Of a DNA stretch of 64,000 bases, positions 57,049 to 64,000 are shown in pieces. The DNA comes from an uncultured Bacilli bacterium (GTDB taxonomy: Bacteria; Bacillota_I; Bacilli_A; RFN20; CAG-826). Positions within the stretch are counted from its first letter, which is position 1. Every line of letters starts with the position of its first letter. The notes beneath the pieces were generated by a model that saw nothing but the letters and a program-made list of their open reading frames with translations, did no database searches and had not been told where the DNA came from. The position numbers were made by a program, and so were the translations under genes. Location: contig CAKUXV010000004.1 in NCBI GenBank assembly GCA_934700895.1, forward strand, positions 75,765 to 139,764, read 5' to 3'.

Positions 57049-60000
57049 CTATAGGGATTGTGGTGCGTGTTTTTGATACGTTTTATGAATCGCCTTCAGA
57101 ACTTTTAACGTCATGGTGAGCCAATCGTCTTTTTTAACGACGGAAACAAGCAGGCGTTTGTTCACATAGGTGACTTTGATAGACCGGAGGCAAGAATAAA
57201 GCGCGTCGAATAATTCCCCGGCGATTCCATCGACTTGGGTGAACAAGGACGACATCGCGATATCCACGCGAGTGGGAAATTCTTTGAGGGAGTCGAATTC
57301 TTCATAGTCCGTGATGAGGTCGATTCGTTTCTTGTTGATGAGCGCGTTGACTTCGGGAGGAATCCGCCCATAAATATCGCGGATTTTCTTGCTAAACGAT
57401 AGGATGTCCCCCTCGGATTTGGCATCTTCGAGTTCTTGGTAAAGCTGAATCTTGTCGCTTTTGGAGGCGTAATCCCCGGGGATATAAGCATCCACGGACA
57501 GAACCTTGGTTTCTTTCATCGGCTGTTCCAAGACCCCAGTCTTCTTGCTTTCAACCGCTTCGTTCAATAGTTTCAAATAGAGGTCTAAACCAACCGAGTC
57601 AATAAAACCAGCCTGCTCGGGGCCGAGGATATCCCCCGCCCCGCGAATCATCAAATCGCGTTGGGCAATTTTATATCCCGAACCGAGTTCAGTGAATTCT
57701 TGGATGGCTTGAAGCCGCTTTTGGGCCTCTTCGTTCATCCGTTTGTTTTCCTTATACATCAAATAGGCGTAAGCGATGCGGTTACCGCGTCCTACGCGCC
57801 CTTTGATTTGGTATAGCTGCGATAAGCCAAAATGATCCGCGTCTTCAACGATAATCATGTTCGCATTGGGCACATCAATTCCGTTTTCAACAATCGAAGA
57901 GCAAACAAGCACATTGACGGTCCCATCGTAGAACCGTTCCATGACGGATTCGACGTCAGCCTTTTCCATTTGGCCATGCACCACCCCAACTTCGGCCCCT
58001 GGAATACGGGCGGCCAACCGGTTCGCGCAAGAATAGATCGTCTCTACGCGGTTATGGACGTAATAAACTTGTCCCGTTCGGGCGAGTTCGCGTTGAATGA
58101 GTTCATCGACTACATCCTGACGGAACGGGGTGACATAAGTTTGGATCGGCATGCGGGAAGAAGGAGCCGTGTTGATTTCTGAGATGGGGCGGATCCCTAC
58201 AAGCGACATTTGAAGGGTTCGAGGAATCGGGGTCGCGGAGAGGGTTAATACATCCACGTCCTTCCTCATTTCCTTGATTCTCTCTTTTTGCTCCACCCCA
58301 AACCGTTGCTCTTCGTCCACAATTAATAAGCCCAAATCCTTGAAGGAAAAATCCTTGGACAACAAGCGATGGGTTCCAATCACGAAATCGATTTTGCCTT
58401 CTTTGACGAGTTCAATGTTTTCTTTTTGGACGGAGTCGGGAATCAAACGAGAGAATTGGGCAAGATGGACTCCAAAGGGTCCAAACCGCTCGCTGGCCAC
58501 TTCAAAATGTTGACGGCATAGCAAGGTCGTTGGGCATAGAAGCGCGACCTGTTTACCCGCGCAAATTGCTTTAAAAGCTGCACGGAAAGCGACCTCGGTC
58601 TTGCCAAATCCCACGTCGCCGCAAAGGAGGCGATCCATGATTTCAGGCGACTCCATATCTTTTTTGACGTCTTGAACAGCCTTTAGTTGGTCGGCAGTCA
58701 AGGTATAGGGGAATTCATTTTCAAATTGAGCCTGCAAATCATCATCGGGAGGGAAACTATACCCCGCGGTTCGCGCACGGCTGCCATATAAGGCAATCAG
58801 GCGGTCCGCGAGTTCGTTGATGCGGGCACGGATTTTGGCTTTCTTCTTATCCCAGTCGTGCCCAGATAAACTCGATAGTTTCGGCGCGGCCCCTTCCCGT
58901 CCCGCGTATTTACGGACCAAACGGAATTGCTCCAAGGGGACGTAAAGGAATTGGTTCCCCGCGTAAGCGATATGAAGATAATCCCGGTGCACCCCATCCG
59001 TTTCAATCGTCTGGATATCGAGAAATTGCCCAATGCCCTTATATTCATGGACCACGTAGTCGCCCGGTTTTAAATCTTCGTAGGATTTTAAAATCGTGGC
59101 TTCCTTAAAACGGCTCGTGAAGCGAGAGGCGACCGCTTTATGACGAAATAGCTCGCTGCTAGAAAGGAAGGCGATACGAAGAGAGGGGATTTCAAAGCCG
59201 TCGGAAAGGTTTTTCTCGCTGATGCCAAGACGCCCTTCTGGCAAGGCGTAACCCTCCGTCTTCTCGAATTCGATTTGGGCATCATGGAGCAAGGATTCCA
59301 CCGTTTGACGTTGATGAAGTTCAGGCAAGAAAAGAACGACTTTATCGTTTAAGGACAAATAGCTTTGAATGGAAGGAACAATGGAAGAAATCGAAGTTCC
59401 CGTTAAGGAGATGCGATGGGCCTGGAAGGAAATATCATCAGGAGAAGTCGCGAACTGACTGGAATAGAGGACGCTTCGATTCTTGGGGGATAAGGCCTCG
59501 TTTAAAGGCATATATTGACGTAATCCCCGCAAAGCATGGCCTTCCGCGTAGAGTTCCCCTAAATATTGCTCCGCCTCTTGCTCTAAACGGGTGGAGGCAT
59601 CAAGAAAGGGCCCCTTGTTCGTAATATAGACAACTTCCGGATCGAAATAGTCGAGCACACAATGGGACGAGGAGGCAGCCAACCCATAATAAGGATAAAG
59701 TTCTGGGCGATAGGATTTGGAGACGAATTCTTCTAAGACGCGTCCTACTTCTTGGTTCAGGGTCTCCGCCAAAAGGGGGTTGACGGAGCCTAAATCCTCC
59801 TGCCCCTCTTTTTTCATCTCCGCGGCCTTTTTCACGAACGCGGTGATTTGATCGTCGCTTAAAAGCATATCCGTCGCGGGGAGAATCGTGCAAGAAGAAA
59901 GGCTTTGCTTCGATTGCTGGGTTTGGATATCGAACAATTTGATTTCTTCGATTTCATCATCGAAGAATTCGATACGGATCGGGTCGAGGTAGGAGACGCT

Positions 60001-60537
60001 ATAGATGTCGAGGATGTCGCCGCGGCTTGCATATTGTAACGAATGCTCCACCTTAGAATTGGCCGTATACCCCGCGTCCAACAAACGGGCTTTGAGTTGC
60101 TTTAAATCGCAATGGCCCCCGACTTTAAAGCGCAATGTCTCTTCTTTAAATTGCTTGGGAGAAGGAAGATAACGCAATAAGGCGGAAGGGTGGGTGACCA
60201 ATATCTTCTTGGAACTCGTATCCTGCAATTGACCGAGGGCATAGAGGCGTTGAGAGAGCAATTCACGGCTGCTAGAAAGCGCGGACGCCCTTAATAATTC
60301 GTCGCTAGGAAAGAAGACAACTTGTTCCTCTGGCAAAAAATTCAGGAGGAATTCATAGAGGCGTTGGGCACTATATTGATTCGTCGCGATTAAGGCGTAA
60401 TTTTGGGGTTTAGAATGAAACAAAGAGGCGAATAATAATCCCGCCCCCAAGGTTTCTTCCACAACGAAAGACCCCTTTTTCGCCCGAAGAGGGGGGATGG
60501 CATTGCTCGTTAGAACCGCATCCAACAATTCTTTCAA
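57049..60537 (-). CDS. mfd: Transcription-repair coupling factor Mfd
   Basis: 1162 aa with UvrB-homology N-domains, an RNAP-interacting domain, superfamily-2 helicase motifs ('GDVGFGKTEVA', 'DEEQRFGV') and the TRG motif. Confidence 0.9.
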   Translation of the reverse strand: MKELLDAVLTSNAIPPLRAKKGSFVVEETLGAGLLFASLFHSKPQNYALIATNQYSAQRLYEFLLNFLPEEQVVFFPSDELLRASALSSSRELLSQRLYALGQLQDTSSKKILVTHPSALLRYLPSPKQFKEETLRFKVGGHCDLKQLKARLLDAGYTANSKVEHSLQYASRGDILDIYSVSYLDPIRIEFFDDEIEEIKLFDIQTQQSKQSLSSCTILPATDMLLSDDQITAFVKKAAEMKKEGQEDLGSVNPLLAETLNQEVGRVLEEFVSKSYRPELYPYYGLAASSSHCVLDYFDPEVVYITNKGPFLDASTRLEQEAEQYLGELYAEGHALRGLRQYMPLNEALSPKNRSVLYSSQFATSPDDISFQAHRISLTGTSISSIVPSIQSYLSLNDKVVLFLPELHQRQTVESLLHDAQIEFEKTEGYALPEGRLGISEKNLSDGFEIPSLRIAFLSSSELFRHKAVASRFTSRFKEATILKSYEDLKPGDYVVHEYKGIGQFLDIQTIETDGVHRDYLHIAYAGNQFLYVPLEQFRLVRKYAGREGAAPKLSSLSGHDWDKKKAKIRARINELADRLIALYGSRARTAGYSFPPDDDLQAQFENEFPYTLTADQLKAVQDVKKDMESPEIMDRLLCGDVGFGKTEVAFRAAFKAICAGKQVALLCPTTLLCRQHFEVASERFGPFGVHLAQFSRLIPDSVQKENIELVKEGKIDFVIGTHRLLSKDFSFKDLGLLIVDEEQRFGVEQKERIKEMRKDVDVLTLSATPIPRTLQMSLVGIRPISEINTAPSSRMPIQTYVTPFRQDVVDELIQRELARTGQVYYVHNRVETIYSCANRLAARIPGAEVGVVHGQMEKADVESVMERFYDGTVNVLVCSSIVENGIDVPNANMIIVEDADHFGLSQLYQIKGRVGRGNRIAYAYLMYKENKRMNEEAQKRLQAIQEFTELGSGYKIAQRDLMIRGAGDILGPEQAGFIDSVGLDLYLKLLNEAVESKKTGVLEQPMKETKVLSVDAYIPGDYASKSDKIQLYQELEDAKSEGDILSFSKKIRDIYGRIPPEVNALINKKRIDLITDYEEFDSLKEFPTRVDIAMSSLFTQVDGIAGELFDALYSCLRSIKVTYVNKRLLVSVVKKDDWLTMTLKVLKAIHKTYQKHAPQSL

Positions 60538-60550
60538 ATCGATATGCTCC

Positions 60551-61114
60551 TCACTGATTAAAATGATTCATCGCGTAATTCCAGTCGTGGAGAAGGAAAT
60601 CCCTCACCGCCTTGGCCGCGGTTTGAATCCCTTCCTGGGTTTTGGTTAAACTTTCGCCCGTTGGTTTGGATAAGACATAATCCACCCCAGTATGAGGGGG
60701 CTCGCCAATTCCAATGCGGATCCGCTTAAAACGGTCGGAGCCTAGACGATTGATGATGCTTTTCATGCCGTTATGGCTGCCTGCAGAGCCAAAGGGACGA
60801 AGACGAATCTTCCCCTCTTCGATAGCCATGTCGTCATAAATCACGATTAAATCTTCTAACGGGATTTTAAAATAGGCCATGAAGGGCTGAACGGATTCCC
60901 CCGAAAGATTCATGAAGGTATCCGGTTTCAAAAGGGCGATTGGTTCGGAGAAAGAGGGGTGATTACGGAGGATGCCATAGGTGCCCTTAAAATCATGACG
61001 GTCCAAATCGCATCCAATCATTTCGGCAAGCGCGTCAATGGCCATGAAGCCCATGTTATGGCGGGTGCCTTCGTATTCTTTGCCAGGATTGCCAAGTCCA
61101 ACGATTAATTTCAT
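60551..61114 (-). CDS. pth: Peptidyl-tRNA hydrolase
   Basis: 187 aa 'MKLIVGLGNPGKEYEGTRHNMGF', the canonical Pth N-terminus, directly downstream of mfd. Confidence 0.9.
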   Translation of the reverse strand: MKLIVGLGNPGKEYEGTRHNMGFMAIDALAEMIGCDLDRHDFKGTYGILRNHPSFSEPIALLKPDTFMNLSGESVQPFMAYFKIPLEDLIVIYDDMAIEEGKIRLRPFGSAGSHNGMKSIINRLGSDRFKRIRIGIGEPPHTGVDYVLSKPTGESLTKTQEGIQTAAKAVRDFLLHDWNYAMNHFNQ

Positions 61115-61656
61115 GCGTTTTGCTCACTGGCTAACCGATGGAGAACGGACAAAATCCGATTGACCCCTTCGGTATCTTTATAGACAAAGGGTTGCTGCAA
61201 AGCCTGCTGGAGGAAGTTATTGTCCTTGTCTTCGCCTTTTCCCATGGCAAGGGCCTGTTGAAGGCCGAGTTTCATCATCATCTTGTCGCGGAAGTTGAGT
61301 TTGTTGTAATCAAAGGATCCGCGAAGGGGATAGAAACGAAGGTGATAAAGGTCGAGAAGGTTCGCCGAAATCAAATTGTCGCGGACTTCCTTATAGACCG
61401 CGGACATGCCGCAGGAAAAGAGGATGACGTTTTTCTTTTCCATCTCTTCCCAACGGGAAAGGAAATCATCAACTCCCTGGATTTGGCTGCCTTTGACCCA
61501 ACCGCCATAAACGATCGTGTCATAGTCATCGAGATTCATTTTTCGGAATTTCTTCTTGTTAAATTCCATCGCTTCCGTGCCCATTCCGAGCGCGATTTCT
61601 TCCGCGTAGGCTTTCGTGCTGCCAGCGGATGAGGTGTAAAGAATTAAGGTTCGCAT
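61111..61656 (-). CDS. Flavodoxin-like fold protein (HemG-like/flavodoxin-domain protein)
   Basis: 181 aa 'MRTLILYTSSAGSTKAYAEEIA' (flavodoxin-like phosphate-binding loop). Overlaps the pth start by 4 nt. Confidence 0.55.
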   Translation of the reverse strand: MRTLILYTSSAGSTKAYAEEIALGMGTEAMEFNKKKFRKMNLDDYDTIVYGGWVKGSQIQGVDDFLSRWEEMEKKNVILFSCGMSAVYKEVRDNLISANLLDLYHLRFYPLRGSFDYNKLNFRDKMMMKLGLQQALAMGKGEDKDNNFLQQALQQPFVYKDTEGVNRILSVLHRLASEQNA

Positions 61657-61720
61657 AGCGAATTTATCCTATCACACCCTCTACGCATTTGCTTGGAAAT
61701 TCCATATACTTTTCGCGGTT

Positions 61721-62677
61721 ATGAAAAATTGGTTTTTGGACTTTGCCCGTGGAGCTAGCCTTGGAACGGGAATCTTACCGGGAGTGAGCGTTGGGACCGT
61801 TGGATTAATTGTGAAGGTCTACGATAAGCTCATCGGGGCGATCGATGACCTCCGTCGCCATTTCGGCAAGGCGTTTTTGACCCTTCTCCCCATTGGCTTG
61901 GGCTGCATCGTTTCCGCCGTCTTATTGCTTCTATTTTGGCAAAAAGCCGCCAGCGTCTATTTCCCCTTCCCCCTTATTGCCGCATTAGCGGGTTTCGTCG
62001 TCGGGGGAATCCCCTTGATTGTTTCTAATATCCGCCACCAAAAGAATATGGGCATGGATATCCTCCGCGTGGTCCTAGGTTTTCTGCTCGCCGGATGCAT
62101 CGGGGTTTTATCCTATTTAAGCGCGGCAGGGGTATTGCCAAGCTTATCTTTCCAAGAAGCTTTTGATCACCCTTATCAAAACGCTTGGATTTTCGTGGTT
62201 GTCCTGCTCGTGGGTTTCATCGCCGCGGTTGCTTGCTTAATCCCCGGGATTTCGGGATCCATGGTTCTCTTTATCTTTGGGTTATATCAACCGGTGGTGA
62301 ACCTTTATATCTCCGCGGGAGACGGGTCCCATGTATCGATGTTCCATAACAAAGAGATGCTGGTTCCCGGCCTATTATTGACATTGATCCTCCTCATCGG
62401 GGTCATCGCAGGGCTACTTGCAACCTCCAAAGCCATGAAGGGATTATTAGAAAAACATCCTCAAGGCACCTATACCTGGGTTTTGGGATTTATTTTGGGC
62501 TCCGTTGTCTCGATGTTTTTCAATAATCAGATGTATACGGTCTACACAACGCCGAATACTTCGACTTGGTATCAATATTTAATCGGAGCCATAGCTTTTA
62601 CCATCGTCTTCGGCTTGATGCTATTTTATTTTCTAAAAAGTAAGAAATCGGAAAGAAACGGGGTTGTTGAAAATTAA
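61721..62677 (+). CDS. DUF368-family polytopic membrane protein
   Basis: 318-aa hydrophobic protein with N-terminus 'FLDFARGASLGTGILPGVSVGTVGLIV', typical of DUF368. Confidence 0.7.
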   Translation: MKNWFLDFARGASLGTGILPGVSVGTVGLIVKVYDKLIGAIDDLRRHFGKAFLTLLPIGLGCIVSAVLLLLFWQKAASVYFPFPLIAALAGFVVGGIPLIVSNIRHQKNMGMDILRVVLGFLLAGCIGVLSYLSAAGVLPSLSFQEAFDHPYQNAWIFVVVLLVGFIAAVACLIPGISGSMVLFIFGLYQPVVNLYISAGDGSHVSMFHNKEMLVPGLLLTLILLIGVIAGLLATSKAMKGLLEKHPQGTYTWVLGFILGSVVSMFFNNQMYTVYTTPNTSTWYQYLIGAIAFTIVFGLMLFYFLKSKKSERNGVVEN

Positions 62678-62734
62678 TTATTGACGAAAATTATCCTCAT
62701 CCTATGATGAAACCAAATCCGAGGAGAATTCCAT

Positions 62735-63331
62735 ATGCCAAGAACCGCTGAGCAAAATAACGCGATTAAGGACAAACGTCGCGAAAAAATCTTACAGTCA
62801 TCCCTCCGCGTCTTTGCCAACGCGAATTACGATAAAGTTGCCATTGACGATATTAACAAGGCGAGCCACTGCTCCCATGGCCTTTTCTACCATTATTTTG
62901 TTTCCAAAGAAGCCGTATTTCGCTACGTCTGCGAAGAAATCGTCTTCCCTTCTAAAATCACCGAAAAGATTCAAGCCATCCATCCTCTCCACGGCATGGC
63001 AGGAATCGAAGCCGTGGCGAAGTTCGTGGAAGAACTGCAAGCCGAAGGCCCAACGGAACGTTACGTCGCTCTCCTCATCCTTCGCGATGCGGGATTAGAA
63101 CGGGTCAAGGAATCCGGGATTGATTTGCATAAGAAAGCAGATCTCGCCGGAGATTTCTGCCGTTTCGTATCGGAAGCCCAAAAAGAGGGCAAAATCATGG
63201 AGGGAGAACCCCTCGATATCGCCTACGCTTTCCTTCAAGTCGCCTATGCCGCGATCAACAAGCAGCATAACGTTGGCGTTCCGCCTCGTACCCTCGACGC
63301 GAAATTCCTCTGCTCATTGATTACGAAATAG
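62735..63331 (+). CDS. TetR/AcrR-family transcriptional regulator
   Basis: N-terminal HTH '...ILQSSLRVFANANYDKVAIDDINKASHCSHGLFYHYF'. A ribosome-binding site GAGGAGAA lies upstream. Confidence 0.75.
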   Translation: MPRTAEQNNAIKDKRREKILQSSLRVFANANYDKVAIDDINKASHCSHGLFYHYFVSKEAVFRYVCEEIVFPSKITEKIQAIHPLHGMAGIEAVAKFVEELQAEGPTERYVALLILRDAGLERVKESGIDLHKKADLAGDFCRFVSEAQKEGKIMEGEPLDIAYAFLQVAYAAINKQHNVGVPPRTLDAKFLCSLITK

Positions 63332-63483
63332 CCAATTGAAACAAACAGTAACCGCCTTTGATTAGGACGGTTTTTCGTAAACGTCAACGCCAGTTTAACC
63401 ATGTTGAGGCCAATTAATCGGATTCATACTTCATCATACTTTTTATAGATGTAACGCAAGAGAAGTCTTTAGAGATTAGCTCG

Positions 63484-64000
63484 CTAGCTTAAATGAATAT
63501 CAACCTTGCCTAGCAGAAAATCCACGATGTTTAAGTGTGTGATTCCATCGTGAGACATATCCACGGCGTCTAACGACATCACATATTTGGGCGCGCCATC
63601 CTTGATGGGGCTGAAAGCGCCAAATTCCCGATCGATGGTTTCTTGTTGCTCCATCGTTAACGCAACCTGGATGAAGCATTTCTTGCCATTTTTACAGGCA
63701 ACGAAATCTACTTCGCCTTTATAAGTTTTGCCAACATATACCTCGTAGTCTCTAGATAGCAGCTCAATCAGAATCACGTTTTCCAGGAATCTCCCGCGGT
63801 CATAGGAATCCCCGTTGGAGCAGATATATCTCATCCCGTTATCCATCGCATAATACTTGGGGTTGGACTTCAAAACCGCTTTCCCGGCAATGTTATAACG
63901 GTAGATGGGCTTAATCAAAAAGCTGCTTTCCAATTTTTCCAAATAGCCATAGATGGGGGCCACAGAACAATCCTCTTTTTCTTCTGTTTTTAAATAATTG
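63484..64000 (-). CDS. DUF4143-containing AAA+ ATPase, 3' part only (gene continues beyond the window end)
   Basis: C-terminal region '...GEVDFVACKNGKKCFIQV...' is typical of the DUF4143 restriction-endonuclease-like fold. The ORF is open at 64000. Confidence 0.5.
   Translation of the reverse strand, partial: NYLKTEEKEDCSVAPIYGYLEKLESSFLIKPIYRYNIAGKAVLKSNPKYYAMDNGMRYICSNGDSYDRGRFLENVILIELLSRDYEVYVGKTYKGEVDFVACKNGKKCFIQVALTMEQQETIDREFGAFSPIKDGAPKYVMSLDAVDMSHDGITHLNIVDFLLGKVDIHLS

Noticed and set aside
1-64000. Possibility that the organism uses the Mollicutes genetic code (UGA = Trp)
   Set aside because: All conserved genes (mfd, ftsH, lysS, dnaB and others) are full-length under the standard code in the supplied ORF track. 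No TGA-interrupted housekeeping gene was seen.

Overview
The window is a 64 kb chromosomal segment from a low-GC Gram-positive bacterium of the Firmicutes, probably a wall-less or Mollicutes-like lineage such as Erysipelotrichia or Acholeplasma. The genetic code looks standard, since long ORFs are not interrupted by TGA. The Firmicutes gene order gdpP-rplI-dnaB, yycJ-rlmH, rpsF-ssb-rpsR and pth-mfd-yabO-tilS-ftsH is present. Several ABC-transporter ATPases and one permease carry large Lys/Glu-rich coiled-coil insertions of the kind seen in Mycoplasma transporters. GC content by eye is about 47-50% in core genes, about 33-35% in accessory patches and close to 58% in one IS fragment.

From start to end the window holds:
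- an oligopeptide ABC transporter (oppC fragment, oppD, oppF) with unusual insertions;
- a low-GC accessory islet (about 5.3-9.8 kb) with a lipoprotein esterase, a degraded high-GC IS3-family transposase remnant, a flavodoxin, a CMD-cupin fusion, gene debris and a MarR regulator, lying at the 3' end of a minus-strand tmRNA gene (ssrA, about 9835-10231);
- two unknown membrane proteins, then housekeeping genes (Cof phosphatase, tcdA-like, rlmH, yycJ-like, dnaB, rplI, gdpP);
- a long minus-strand sugar-acid and scavenging cluster (uxuA, an OYE-type flavoenzyme, HAD, SDR, a GH3 hydrolase, an unknown lipoprotein, an EstA-type esterase) followed by a BMP-lipoprotein/CUT2 nucleoside-type ABC transporter whose ATPase and one permease carry coiled-coil extensions;
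- a divergent 789-aa AraC-family regulator fused to an uncharacterised C-terminal domain of about 500 aa;
- a flavodiiron protein;
- a small accessory islet with a HipA-family toxin gene that is one continuous reading frame broken by two in-frame stop codons, overlapping an XRE-family antitoxin gene (confirmed by hand translation of 39541-39890) with a duplicated 17-bp operator, plus a 163-aa unknown protein and a DUF4143 ATPase fragment;
- rpsR-ssb-rpsF, lysS, glyA, a MarR-controlled heterodimeric ABC exporter, a UDG-superfamily glycosylase, dus, an unknown 259-aa protein and an 850-bp ORF-free region;
- ftsH, tilS, an S4-domain protein, mfd, pth, a flavodoxin-like protein, a DUF368 membrane protein, a TetR regulator and a partial DUF4143 ATPase.

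No rRNA, tRNA or CRISPR array was recognised.
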